DNA of 64,000 nt from a virus (lineage: Duplodnaviria > Caudoviricetes): positions 16,218 to 80,217 of IMG/VR virus record IMGVR_UViG_2931714059_000002. The stretch is one strand, 5' to 3'. Under the pieces are notes generated by a model. It did not search any database. It was not told where the DNA came from and worked only from the letters and a program-made list of their open reading frames with translations. A program made the position numbers and the translations under genes. This document shows positions 9,270 to 18,840 of the stretch, in pieces; positions within the stretch are counted from its first letter, which is position 1, and every line of letters starts with the position of its first letter.

Positions 9270-9680
9270 ATGCGAATCAGCCCTCACACCCCCTACGTCC
9301 AGGCCGTCGCCGAGGCCCTCGCCGCCCTCGAGCTCCCGCAGCCCGACGCCGTCACCCTCCACACCGCCCAGGCCGCGTACCGGGAGGTGCACACCGCCGA
9401 GCTGATGTGGACCCGCCCGTCCGCCCACTGGCCGACGCAGCTGCGCGTCGGCTGGCACTCCGGGTACGGCTGGTACGCCACCTCCGGCCGCGCCGTACAC
9501 CACCGGGCACGCCTGCACACGATGCTGGCGGGAGACCCGGGCGAGGTCGCCGACACCATCCGGCACCTCATCACCTACGGCCCCGCGTCCCGCCTCACCA
9601 CGATCGGGCTCGGCCTGTGGGAGCACTCCGAGGCGCTGACCGGCGAGCGCCTCGCCGACGAGCTGGACGCGTACCTGTGA
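9270..9680 (+). CDS. Hypothetical protein
   Basis: AGGAG RBS; W..GYGW motif. Confidence 0.7.
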   Translation: MRISPHTPYVQAVAEALAALELPQPDAVTLHTAQAAYREVHTAELMWTRPSAHWPTQLRVGWHSGYGWYATSGRAVHHRARLHTMLAGDPGEVADTIRHLITYGPASRLTTIGLGLWEHSEALTGERLADELDAYL

Positions 9681-10155
9681 GCGCCGCATTCCGGGCGAGC
9701 CTCCGGCTCCTGACCATCGTGCGCAGCGCCGACGGCGGCCCCGACCGTCGGACCTCGGTCGCGGACGCGCGGATCGCGCTCGCTGCCGCGCGCGGCCTGC
9801 TGGACGAGGTGTGCCCCGCCAGCGGGATGCGGACCTCGGAGGCCGCGTGTCGCATCGTGGCCGGCGAGTGGGCGGAGCTGCTGGCCGACGGCCGGCCGCC
9901 GTCCCAGCACCGGCGGATCCGGTACGGGCGGGTACGGCAGCTGTGGGCGAGCGGCACCCCGAGCTGGTCGCCGCGATCTGGCCGGAGCTGCCGCCCGAGC
10001 CGGACCTGGACCTGTGCAGCGTCTGCCGTGACGAGGACTGCACGCGGCCGTGGGCCGCCGCCTCGTCCATCTGCATGACTGCTGGCTGCTACGCCCCGCA
10101 CGACGAACACCGGGACGACGACGAGGGCACCACGTGCCGTGCGTTCCGGCTCTGA
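9677..10155 (+). pseudogene. Hypothetical protein split by a probable 1-bp frameshift near 9949
   Basis: Frame A ..RVRQLWA then frame B ERHPELVAAIWPEL..CSVC..; one added base fuses them. Confidence 0.5.
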
Positions 10156-10230
10156 CCGCCGCCCGGACTCTCTGTCCGGACAGCTCGGGATAACTCCCCG
10201 GACAACCCACCTGACCTGCAAGGACATTGC

Positions 10231-10330
10231 CCGGACACCCATCCCGGAGTGCGACACACGATGGTGATTTGACATCGCCATGTGATGTCGCAATACTTGA
10301 TCCATCGACACCGACAAGGGAGATCCGATG
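10231..10330 (+). promoter_or_regulatory. Early promoter/operator/RBS cassette, copy E
   Basis: TGCGACACACGATGGTGA-T-TTGACA-TCGCCATGTGATGTCGC-AATACT...GGGAGATCCGATG. Confidence 0.85.
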
Positions 10331-10579
10331 ACCGCCGCCGTCCTCGCCGCGAACACCGCCGCCGTCCTCGTCATCGCGATCGCCCCCATCGCCGAGGAGG
10401 CCGACGAGACCCCCCAGTGCTGGGACTGCGGCGCCGAGACCCCCGACGGCGTGGACGAGGACACCGCCCGGGACGAGCACGAGTGGGAGCAGAGCGAGGA
10501 AGACGGGCACCTCCGCTGCGACATCTGCGCCAACCCGGACGGCCCCGCCCACCGGTACGACCGCGCCTACTGGTGCTGA
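10328..10579 (+). CDS. Small acidic zinc-ribbon protein
   Basis: CWDC..CDIC; RBS from cassette E. Confidence 0.7.
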   Translation: MTAAVLAANTAAVLVIAIAPIAEEADETPQCWDCGAETPDGVDEDTARDEHEWEQSEEDGHLRCDICANPDGPAHRYDRAYWC

Positions 10580-10639
10580 CCCACCAACCCCGCCCGGCCC
10601 CACCAGGGGCCGGGCCCCACGCCCCCGGAAGGAAGACGG

Positions 10640-10870
10640 ATGAGCCTCACCTATCTGCCCGCCGCCCAGATCATCCCGGGCGACGTGATCTACACCGACG
10701 GCCGCCGCACCGCGCTGGTACTCGCCGTCGAGGCGGACGCTCAGAAGCCCGGCCGCGTGCTGATCTCCGTGGGCTGGGAATCGCCCATCACCCTCGCCCA
10801 GAGGGCCGTCATCGCCGTCGCAACGCTCCACCCGCGCACCAACCCCGGCCCGCAGCCACTGACCACCTGA
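10640..10870 (+). CDS. Small hypothetical (SH3-like) protein
   Basis: AAGGAAG RBS; AAQIIPGDVI motif. Confidence 0.65.
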   Translation: MSLTYLPAAQIIPGDVIYTDGRRTALVLAVEADAQKPGRVLISVGWESPITLAQRAVIAVATLHPRTNPGPQPLTT

Positions 10871-10981
10871 CCGGGGCGTCCGGCCCCCTCCCTGCCGGAC
10901 GCCCCACCCCAGGGCCTGCCCCGGACTCCCACCCCTCCCGGGGCGGGCCCACCCACACCCACCACCTCACGAGAGGCCAGC

Positions 10982-12025
10982 ATGACCAACACCGAGACCC
11001 GCAACGCCGTCAGCATCCTGGGCGGCAGGGTCCACCAGTCGATCGACATCCACGGCACCGCGTCGGCCTGGCCGTGGTGCCGCACCGGCACACAGGACAG
11101 CGCCGGCACCCGGTACCAGTTCACCGACAAGCCGGTGACCTGTCGGAACTGCCTCATGTACATCGCCCGCCGCGCAGAGGCCGCGCGCCTGGCCGCCGCG
11201 TCGCCTCTCGCCGCCGCCGCGTACCAGCTCGGGCGGACCGTGGAGGACACCAACGCCGAACGGGCCAAGGCACCGACGCAGCCCACCCGCACCGGCCCCA
11301 CCTACACGGAGGGCGACCGCATCAGCGTGCCGCGCGGCCCCGCCAGCGTCATCAGCCACGTCCGGGGAGAGGTCGCCTACAGCCTCGACAGCCAGGGCGG
11401 CGAGTGGTTCATCCCCGAGGACTCCCCCGACCTCCGCCCGCTTGAGAACGAGTCGCCGGCCACCACGGACCCGCGCCCGGTCATTGAGGGCGTCATCGTG
11501 GAGCACTCCGGCACCGCCCAGGGGAGCCGCCCCGCCGACGCCACGCACCCCGACGTGATCGCTGCCCGTGCCGCGTTGGACGGCAACGCCGTAGCGACTA
11601 TGACGGACCACCACGACACCACCGAGCCGACCGGCGCGGAGCAGCAGGTGCGCGGGTACCTGATCGAGCCCCGCAACCCGGGAACCGTCCGCGTCTACTG
11701 GCTCGAGGGCGGCACCGTCGTGACGCGCGAGACCTACCTCCACGGCGCCGCCCTCGACGGCCTCGCCGACCGGCTGACCCGGCGGGGATGGCACGTGTGG
11801 CCGCTCACCGCCGCCTCGAAATGCGTCATCGCCGACCGCCCCGCCCCGGCTCCCACGAAGCCCGACATCCCCATGTCCGTCGGCTACGTCAACCGCCGCG
11901 ATGGCGAGGAGTGCGCGCAGATCGAGATCAGTGGCGCGGACCTGGCCGCGCTCACCGCCGGGGACCGGGAGGCCGTGGAGCGGCTCCGGGTCGTGATTGC
12001 CGAAGCCGCAGCCCGATTCAACTGA
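10982..12025 (+). CDS. Multidomain hypothetical protein with N-terminal H/C3 zinc finger
   Basis: GAGAGG RBS; RVH..PWC..VTCRNC. Confidence 0.75.
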   Translation: MTNTETRNAVSILGGRVHQSIDIHGTASAWPWCRTGTQDSAGTRYQFTDKPVTCRNCLMYIARRAEAARLAAASPLAAAAYQLGRTVEDTNAERAKAPTQPTRTGPTYTEGDRISVPRGPASVISHVRGEVAYSLDSQGGEWFIPEDSPDLRPLENESPATTDPRPVIEGVIVEHSGTAQGSRPADATHPDVIAARAALDGNAVATMTDHHDTTEPTGAEQQVRGYLIEPRNPGTVRVYWLEGGTVVTRETYLHGAALDGLADRLTRRGWHVWPLTAASKCVIADRPAPAPTKPDIPMSVGYVNRRDGEECAQIEISGADLAALTAGDREAVERLRVVIAEAAARFN

Positions 12026-12096
12026 CCAGCCCGCCCGGTCCCCATCACGGGGGCCGGGCCCGCCCAACCGCCCAACCATTCCCAGGGGAACCGCAC

Positions 12097-12876
12097 ATGA
12101 GCACCACCACCGTCCGAACCAGCCCCGGCGTCGCCATCGCCCAGCACATCGGCACCCGCACCGAGCAGTGCGACGCCGCCGCCATCCGCACCAACAAGGC
12201 CACCGGTGTCCGTGCGCTCGTACTCCTCGACGGAATCGGCGACACCCCCACCGTCCGCGACTGGACGCGCGACGCCGCCCAGCGCCTCGCGATCGTCGCC
12301 GCCCGCGTCGGCGACGCCGAGACCGCGCTCCGAGCCGAGTACGAGCGGTACGCAGCCCCCCAGCGTGGCAGCGGCATCGAGGAGGACCCGCCCGGCGCGG
12401 CGGCGATCGTCGCCGTCACCCGCCCCGGCCAGCCGATCACGATCGCCTGGGCAGGAGACTGCCGCGCCTACGCGATCACCCGCAGCGAGGCCCGCCAGCT
12501 CACGGCCGACCACAACCTCCGCCGCGTCTGGCCTCCGTGCGCGACGCACAACGGCGGCAACCGCCACCGCATCACCTCGCACCTCGGCGACTGCCTCACG
12601 GACGACGAGGTCAAGGCCCTCCACAACCACCCCGCGATCGAGGCCACCACCTACACGCCCAGCGCTCCCGGTACCCGGCTCCTGCTGGCAACCGACGGCG
12701 CCTACGAGCCGCATGAGGCAACCACCTACCCCCTCACGCTGCTCGCCGAGGGGCCCATGCGCATCGCCGCCGCCAACGGCGTCCAGGACGCCGTGGCCAC
12801 GGCCGAGGCCGCCACCGAGCCCGACATCCACGCGGACAACGCGACCATCCTGCTCGCCCGCGTCGACCCCTCCTGA
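12097..12876 (+). CDS. PP2C/PPM-family Ser/Thr phosphatase (copy 1)
   Basis: QCDA, LLDGIG, WAGDCRAY, LTADH, LLLATDG, DNAT motifs. Confidence 0.85.
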   Translation: MSTTTVRTSPGVAIAQHIGTRTEQCDAAAIRTNKATGVRALVLLDGIGDTPTVRDWTRDAAQRLAIVAARVGDAETALRAEYERYAAPQRGSGIEEDPPGAAAIVAVTRPGQPITIAWAGDCRAYAITRSEARQLTADHNLRRVWPPCATHNGGNRHRITSHLGDCLTDDEVKALHNHPAIEATTYTPSAPGTRLLLATDGAYEPHEATTYPLTLLAEGPMRIAAANGVQDAVATAEAATEPDIHADNATILLARVDPS

Positions 12877-12939
12877 CCATCCCACGGCCGCCCCCGCCCC
12901 AGGGGCAGCCCACCCCACCAGAGAAAGGGCCCCGTCATC

Positions 12940-13395
12940 GTGACGACGCTCAGCCGCTACGCCCGCAACCCGCGCTCCGGCGCCTACCACTACGGCGCCG
13001 ACGCCGACAACGGCGACACCACCCTGCTGTGCAGCGACTCCACCTACCGGCAGGAGGACATCGTCAGCAACCCGAGCGGCTACGGCCAGCTCGCGTCCCT
13101 CGCCGCGCCCACCGCCCGGCACACCGAGTGCCGCAAATGCAGTCGGGTCCGGATCGAGCTGGCCGCGCCCAAGGTCTCCGCCAGCGCCCAGGCCGCCCAG
13201 CTAGCCCGCACGCACCGCCTCAGCGACCGCATGGTGACCGCCCTGCTCACCGGTGCGACAGACGGCCGCCTGACCGGCCTCACCGGGACACTCACCGGGC
13301 TCGTGCAGCGCGGCCTGGCCGAGGAGTACGACGGCACCTACGGGCTGACCACCTTGGGACGCGAGGTCCTGTGCGGCCTCGTCGACATCGCCTGA
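12940..13395 (+). CDS. Zinc-finger + wHTH-like hypothetical protein
   Basis: YH..LLC..ECRKC; LVQRGL..YGLTTLGRE. Confidence 0.7.
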   Translation: MTTLSRYARNPRSGAYHYGADADNGDTTLLCSDSTYRQEDIVSNPSGYGQLASLAAPTARHTECRKCSRVRIELAAPKVSASAQAAQLARTHRLSDRMVTALLTGATDGRLTGLTGTLTGLVQRGLAEEYDGTYGLTTLGREVLCGLVDIA

Positions 13396-13453
13396 CACCC
13401 CGGGCCCCGGCACGACGCCGGGGCCCACCCCCACCGAGCACGGAACGGACCCC

Positions 13454-14197
13454 GTGGACACCCTCATCGCCCTCGCCGTCATCGCCAGCGTCGTCTGGCT
13501 CATCACCAGCAGCCGCGCGCACCGCCGCCCGCCGGGCCGCCCAGGCCGCATCCCCCGGCCACGCCGGCACCGCGACCACGGCGCCGGCGCCTCCGCCGCA
13601 CGCCGCGCCTCCCAACTCGCCCAAGACGCCCGCGGCGGCCCCGGCCGCCGCCTCCTGGCCGCCGCCGGCATCACCACCCGCGGCGCCGCCCGCGACCAAC
13701 GGGCCGCTGCACAGTGGAGGTCAGGGGCCGTCGGCGAGCAGCTGACCGCCGCGATCCTCGCCGGAATCCCCGGCATCCACGTGCTGCACGACCGGGCCCT
13801 GCCCCGGGGCAGGGCGAACGTCGACCACCTGGTGATCACGCCGGACGGCAAGGTGCTGCTCGTGGACTCGAAGCTCTGGAGCGGCCACTTCCGCATCAGC
13901 GTCACCCGCGACGGCCGACTCCTCCACGGCACCGCCGACCGCACCCGCTCGCTGAACTCCGCGCGCTACGAAGCCGAGCAGGTATCCGCCGCCCTCGGTG
14001 GCCTGCCCGTCACCATCCTCATCGCCGTGCACCGCGCACCCATCACGGACGGCGCCATCACCACCGACGACGGCATCTGCATCATCCCGGCCGGCACCCT
14101 CCCAGACACCATCCGGGCGCTGTCCGGACGGGCCCGGACAACCGCCCGGCGCCTCGCCGAACAGGCCGACCGGGCCCTCCCCCCGCACGCCCACTGA
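13454..14197 (+). CDS. Membrane-anchored NERD-domain (nuclease-related) protein
   Basis: N-terminal TM; GAVGE..LHDR..NVDHLVI..LLVDSKLWSG. Confidence 0.85.
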   Translation: MDTLIALAVIASVVWLITSSRAHRRPPGRPGRIPRPRRHRDHGAGASAARRASQLAQDARGGPGRRLLAAAGITTRGAARDQRAAAQWRSGAVGEQLTAAILAGIPGIHVLHDRALPRGRANVDHLVITPDGKVLLVDSKLWSGHFRISVTRDGRLLHGTADRTRSLNSARYEAEQVSAALGGLPVTILIAVHRAPITDGAITTDDGICIIPAGTLPDTIRALSGRARTTARRLAEQADRALPPHAH

Positions 14198-14322
14198 CCC
14201 GCAACGGCGGCCGGACAGCTGTCCGGCCGCCCTGTCCGGACAGCACGGACAAGTTGTCCGAATCCCCCCGCGCCCGCCATCAGACGACCTACGGTGCTCC
14301 CAGCCAGCCACAGGAGATCCCC

Positions 14323-14982
14323 ATGCACGCGCCGCCCGCCGGACGCCGCCGTAACGCCCAGCTCATCGCCGCCGCCGCCTGCATCATTGGCGACTGTGCC
14401 CAGGCCGCCGGCGACATCTACGGCCCGATCGCCGCCCACATCTCCGTACCGGACGCCGACCCCGACGGGCCCGTCGTGGTCTCCGGACGCCACCTCACCG
14501 TGCTCGCGGCCACCGCACCGGCACGGCTCGACCGCGCCCGGCAGCTCGACCGAACGGCGTGGGCCGCCGAGGCCAGCGCCGAGGACCAGGACCAAGCTGC
14601 CGCCCACGCTGAGCGTGCCGTCCTCGCCGAGGCCGCTGCCGTCTTGGACATGGAGCCCGCCGGCGAACCTGCCGCGTGGCCGGCCGGAGTCCCCGAGATC
14701 ACCCCCGCGCACGGCGCCGCGATGGCGCCCATCGCCGCCGCCGAGGAACTGCTGGCGGACGACATCACCGCGGAGCGCGTGCAGTTGCTCGCCCAGGAGC
14801 ACGACGCGCACGCCGGCGAGATCATCGCCGAGGCCATCACCCAGGCGTCCGCCTGCGCATGCCTCGCCCTCGACCAGGCCCGGGACATCCTGACGACCGA
14901 CCCGTCCGCCGCCGCTGAACTCGCCATCGCCGCGACCCGCCACCTCGCGGACCTCGTCACCGTCGCCTCGATCGACGCGTAA
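14323..14982 (+). CDS. Ala-rich hypothetical protein
   Basis: AGGAG RBS, ATG 14323. Confidence 0.7.
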   Translation: MHAPPAGRRRNAQLIAAAACIIGDCAQAAGDIYGPIAAHISVPDADPDGPVVVSGRHLTVLAATAPARLDRARQLDRTAWAAEASAEDQDQAAAHAERAVLAEAAAVLDMEPAGEPAAWPAGVPEITPAHGAAMAPIAAAEELLADDITAERVQLLAQEHDAHAGEIIAEAITQASACACLALDQARDILTTDPSAAAELAIAATRHLADLVTVASIDA

Positions 14983-14992
14983 GGACAAGACC

Positions 14993-16012
14993 ATGCCAAC
15001 GACACACCTGCGTGCCTGTGACGTGCCCGAGGTCCGGCAGGATCTACTCCGATGGGCTCAACAAAACGCCGAACGCGGAAAGCGCGCCCAGGGCGCTATC
15101 CACGTCAACGCCTTCACCGAGCCGTCGATGTTCCAGTCCTCGGCGGCGGCGGCCGAGCTGTACTACGTCAACGACGTTATGACGAGACTCGCCCGTGACA
15201 TCGGCGAAGGGCTCCCCGTCTGCGCATTCGACGTCGACTCTCTGCCAGCGCCAACGGGCCTCCTGGTGTGGTCTGATGATTCGAGCGCGCACACCCAGAA
15301 CCTCGGCAAACCCCGGGCAGTGCTGTGGTGCCGTACCGGGCTGACACTGCGCGTCGCCGTTCTGGACGACGCCGGCCCCTACCGCCGCGAATTGGAGAAA
15401 CTGGGGAGGCGAGTAGATCCGACCTGGGCGAGTGAGGTCGCCCTGTCCCTCGCGGGTGACCTAGCGCTGGGCTTCGGCACAGCGATCCCACTGAACGTTG
15501 AGACCGACTGGGACGAAGTGAAGCATGCCTGGAGCGTCGACAGGCACGGCCGCCCCGCCAAGGACCGCTTCCATGTGGGAGCTGACAGGCTCAACAGTAT
15601 CCACGGCGAGCAACTCGGCGTAATCCGCACTCTGCTGGGCACGCTCCTGCTCATCCGACAGCCAGCCGAGGCCCGGCGCGCCCTGTGGCAGTCCGACGAC
15701 GTGCAACCCGACGCGGCAGCCCGTAAGCGCCTACGCCGAGCCGGTGCTGAGCGGCCCGACGCGACGGTGCGTTACATCACGCTGCGCCAGAACGTTCGCC
15801 CCTTAAGCGACGATGCCGAGACATCGGGCCGCAGTGCGCGCACCTACAGAAGCCAGTGGTTCGTCCGGCCTCACCGGCGCACCTACCCCGACCGGAACGA
15901 CCCTACGGGCTACTCCCGAAAGTGGGTCGGCCCCTACCTCGTCACCCCCGCAGGATGCGAGAGCGCTCCCATCCTCGGTCGGGAACGCATCGTGCACGTG
16001 CTCCGCCGCTGA
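14993..16012 (+). CDS. Hypothetical phage protein (C-terminal W.VR.H.R..W..PY motif)
   Basis: AAGGA RBS; motif typical of actinophage hypotheticals. Confidence 0.75.
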   Translation: MPTTHLRACDVPEVRQDLLRWAQQNAERGKRAQGAIHVNAFTEPSMFQSSAAAAELYYVNDVMTRLARDIGEGLPVCAFDVDSLPAPTGLLVWSDDSSAHTQNLGKPRAVLWCRTGLTLRVAVLDDAGPYRRELEKLGRRVDPTWASEVALSLAGDLALGFGTAIPLNVETDWDEVKHAWSVDRHGRPAKDRFHVGADRLNSIHGEQLGVIRTLLGTLLLIRQPAEARRALWQSDDVQPDAAARKRLRRAGAERPDATVRYITLRQNVRPLSDDAETSGRSARTYRSQWFVRPHRRTYPDRNDPTGYSRKWVGPYLVTPAGCESAPILGRERIVHVLRR

Positions 16013-16019
16013 CCTCGGA

Positions 16020-16682
16020 TCAGGGGCGCGGCCCCTGATTGATTCGCTCCCAAAGGGGATTGAGCGGATTCTCCTCCTGGCCGAGGGGGAGCTGATGGAC
16101 AGAGAACTTCCAGTCTCGGCCGTCTTCAGCGCTCAGCCGTGCCAGTGCCTGGCTTAGTGCCCAAACGCTCTCCTCCCACTCCCTGCCGTCCCGCACGAGC
16201 CCGTCCGTGTAGGAGTCGTGCGCATCGAACGCGCAGCCGCAATGGGTCCGCTGTGCTTCCGCGTCGATCTCCCGGCCCAGCGTGGCGGCCAGCTCTCGTA
16301 GTTCAGCGTTCTCCGCGGTGTCGGGTAGCGCCTTCATCAGCAGCGTCCAGCGCTGTCTCACCGGCGCAACTTCCGTGAGCTTCCTGAACCCGGGGGCGTA
16401 CTCTTCCCAGGCCCGGCGCGCCTCCGCAACTGCACGAACCGCATTCCGGTGCGCCAGATCCAACCGCTGTGCTCGGTCCTCGCGGATCCTTCGGGGTGCA
16501 ACCCAGCGAGCATGCGCCCGGTGCAGCGGCTCCATCAGAAGATCCCGGAGAGGCCCGTCGGGTACCCGCTCCTGCTTCGCCTGCTTCAAGGCGCTCCGGC
16601 GTCCCCAGATTCTTCCGAGGATCGTGGAGAGGACCGCCGACGCCGAGGCCGTCGCCAGCGGCAGCCATGTGCTCATGCTCAT
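16020..16682 (-). CDS. Hypothetical protein with N-terminal hydrophobic segment
   Basis: Long minus-strand ORF convergent with upstream gene; start uncertain. Confidence 0.55.
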   Translation of the reverse strand: MSMSTWLPLATASASAVLSTILGRIWGRRSALKQAKQERVPDGPLRDLLMEPLHRAHARWVAPRRIREDRAQRLDLAHRNAVRAVAEARRAWEEYAPGFRKLTEVAPVRQRWTLLMKALPDTAENAELRELAATLGREIDAEAQRTHCGCAFDAHDSYTDGLVRDGREWEESVWALSQALARLSAEDGRDWKFSVHQLPLGQEENPLNPLWERINQGPRP

Positions 16683-16816
16683 CCGCGCAGCATCGCGTGC
16701 GATTCGGGACATGCGACAACATCCGGCCACTCTGGCCACTACCCGCTGTGGCCGCGCGGTGGCTGATACGCGGCTATCCGTGACGCTGCGCAGCGGATAC
16801 TCTCGGACGTCGGAAG

Positions 16817-16834
16817 TATTCCGGAATAGTCAAG
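16817..16834. promoter_or_regulatory. Palindromic operator TATTCCGGAATA with minus-strand TTGACT
   Basis: Exact inverted copy of 17703-17720. Confidence 0.8.
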
Positions 16835-16861
16835 GCACAGCGAAAGAGAGGTGCGGCCCGG

Positions 16862-17620
16862 ATGGATGACCGCCACGTGAAGCGCTACGAGGATCTCGCC
16901 GCGACACTGCGCCGCCGGATCGCCGACGGCACCTACCCCGCCGGGAGCGACTTGCCGACCGTCCAGCAGATGAGCAGCGAGCATGGCGTCACCATCAGCA
17001 CCGTGCAAGCCGCCATGCAGACCCTGCGGCGCGACGGCCTGGTGGACAGTGGCCAAGGTCGACGCTCCCGCGTCCTCGCGCAACGCGCCATTATCAGCCA
17101 TTCCGCGTCATACCTGGCGCAGGACGGCGATGGCCGACAGGCCCTGACCTGGGCGCAGCACATGGCCAGCCTCGGCATGCGCGGGGAGCAGATCCTCGGG
17201 CACGTCGGTGAGGCGCCGGCGCCGGAGGACATCGCGCAGCACCTGGGCGTAGCCCCCGGCGACCCGGTACTGCTACGCGGCCGGGAAATGCTCGCGGACG
17301 GCGAGGTCGTCGAACTCGCGGACTCCTGGTACCCGCTGGACATCGCATCCGGCACGGGACTGGCACAGCGGCGCCTGGTGCGCGGCGGCCTCCCGGCAGT
17401 GCTCGCCGAGCGCGGCCTGCGGGCGGTGGAGGTCGAGGAGATCGTCACCAGCCCAGTGCCGGGGCCGGAGGCGTGCGAGAGGCTGCGGATCACGCCGGAC
17501 GACCGGATCCTCCGCAAGGTGCGCGTGTACTACGCGGAGGAGGGCCAGGCGGTGGCCGTGGACGCCAGCACGATGCGCGGCAGCCGACATGAGCTGAGGT
17601 ACCGGCTGCCGGTGCACTGA
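16862..17620 (+). CDS. GntR-family repressor with UTRA domain (KorA/KorSA/TraR-like)
   Basis: YEDLAATLRRRIADGTYPAGSDLPT..G.V..G.G wHTH; UTRA-like C-terminal domain. Confidence 0.9.
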   Translation: MDDRHVKRYEDLAATLRRRIADGTYPAGSDLPTVQQMSSEHGVTISTVQAAMQTLRRDGLVDSGQGRRSRVLAQRAIISHSASYLAQDGDGRQALTWAQHMASLGMRGEQILGHVGEAPAPEDIAQHLGVAPGDPVLLRGREMLADGEVVELADSWYPLDIASGTGLAQRRLVRGGLPAVLAERGLRAVEVEEIVTSPVPGPEACERLRITPDDRILRKVRVYYAEEGQAVAVDASTMRGSRHELRYRLPVH

Positions 17621-17640
17621 TGCTCTGACCTGCGCAGATG

Positions 17641-17668
17641 AGGGCGGACCGTGATGGTCCGCCCTTTC
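17641..17668 (+). terminator. Rho-independent terminator-like hairpin
   Basis: AGGGCGGACC-GTGAT-GGTCCGCCCT-TT. Confidence 0.7.
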
Positions 17669-17688
17669 GCGCGTCCGATTACCGGACA

Positions 17689-17720
17689 CTATTCCGGAAC
17701 AGCTTGACTATTCCGGAATA
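17689..17720 (+). promoter_or_regulatory. Promoter (-35 TTGACT) flanked by two TATTCCGGAA(T/C)A operators
   Basis: CTATTCCGGAACAG-CTTGACTATTCCGGAATA. Confidence 0.8.
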
Positions 17721-17739
17721 GGTGACCAAGATGGCCTAC

Positions 17740-17940
17740 ATGACCTACCGAGAGCGATCGGTCAGCTACACCCCGCTGACTGTCACGCAGGTATCGGGGC
17801 TGCTGGGCATCTCCCGGCGCACCGTCCTCCGTGAGATCCAGCGGGGCAACCTGGCCGCCGTGAAACCGGGCGGCATGTACCGGATCGACCCGGGCGAGTA
17901 CGCGGCCTACCGCGATCGGTCCCGAGTCCTCCCCGGCTGA
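17740..17940 (+). CDS. Excisionase-like HTH protein (alternative start 17722)
   Basis: LTVTQVSGLLGISRRTVLREIQRGNLAAVK.GGMYRI. Confidence 0.85.
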   Translation: MTYRERSVSYTPLTVTQVSGLLGISRRTVLREIQRGNLAAVKPGGMYRIDPGEYAAYRDRSRVLPG

Positions 17941-18043
17941 CCGGCCAGCTCCCGGAAAGGGAGCGGCCCCGGCGTTGGGCGTTGCACCGCCCGCCGGGGC
18001 CAGTGATCAACACCCCATCCAGCGTGAACAAGGAGTGATCGAC

Positions 18044-18193
18044 GTGCAGCGTAGTACGTCCACCCAGCACCGCGCCCGGCCGGGCACCATCCGGCCGCCG
18101 CACGTCCAGGTGCCCGCGCCCCAGGGCGCACGCCTCGGGCGCGTCATCGACGCCATCACCGGTACCCGGCAGGGGGGTGGCCGCCGTGGCTGA
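18044..18193 (+). CDS. Small hypothetical protein
   Basis: AAGGAG RBS before GTG 18044. Confidence 0.55.
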   Translation: MQRSTSTQHRARPGTIRPPHVQVPAPQGARLGRVIDAITGTRQGGGRRG

Positions 18194-18323
18194 GCAGGAC
18201 CTGCGGGACTACCGCAACGCCGCGCCGCAGCGCGACCCCCAGGCCGTCAAGGACGCCGTGCGCAACGCCCAGACGAGCGGCGCGTCCACCGGCTCGGCCG
18301 CGTCGCAGGGAGCGAAGCGATGA
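18186..18323 (+). CDS. Small hypothetical protein (45 aa; not in ORF track)
   Basis: Overlaps both neighbours; GC3-rich frame. Confidence 0.55.
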   Translation: MAEQDLRDYRNAAPQRDPQAVKDAVRNAQTSGASTGSAASQGAKR

Positions 18324-18709
18324 GCACCACCATCGACCGAGCCCTCTCCATCGCCCGGCAGTCCATCACGTGGCACGCCTACGGCCAGCAGGTCACCGGC
18401 CCGCAGGTAGCCACCCACCTCGACGCCGCCCGCGAGCGGGTCGCCGAGGTCGGCTGGCACCCGAACGGGATGACCACCTCGCTGTTCGGCCAGCTCACGG
18501 CTGCCGCCGAGCGGGGGCGGGGGACCGCGTCCACCCGCTTCGTCGCCGGGCTCGTCATCCTCTCCGTGCTGCGCGCCCGTACCGGGGCCTCCGTCGCCTC
18601 GCACGAGGTGTGGGAGCGCCAGACCGGCCGCTCCCGCGACGACGTGCAGCAGTTGCTGCACGACGCCGCCGCCGTCGCCCGCGACGCCGGGCCCAAGGGG
18701 GCCAGCTGA
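18320..18709 (+). CDS. Hypothetical protein of AICE/plasmid type
   Basis: ATGA overlap; W....GRS..DV..LL..AA motif. Confidence 0.7.
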   Translation: MSTTIDRALSIARQSITWHAYGQQVTGPQVATHLDAARERVAEVGWHPNGMTTSLFGQLTAAAERGRGTASTRFVAGLVILSVLRARTGASVASHEVWERQTGRSRDDVQQLLHDAAAVARDAGPKGAS

Positions 18710-18840
18710 TGGCCGCCCAGCAGCCCAAGCCCGCCCCCGGCGACCAGGACAACGGCCAGGAGCCGACCGCCGCCGAGACCCTCATCCGCCGCTACGGCGA
18801 CCTGATCCGCCGACACCAGACCGGAGGCACCCCCTCATGA
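18709..18840 (+). CDS. Small hypothetical protein
   Basis: TGATG coupling on the left, ATGA overlap on the right. Confidence 0.55.
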   Translation: MAAQQPKPAPGDQDNGQEPTAAETLIRRYGDLIRRHQTGGTPS

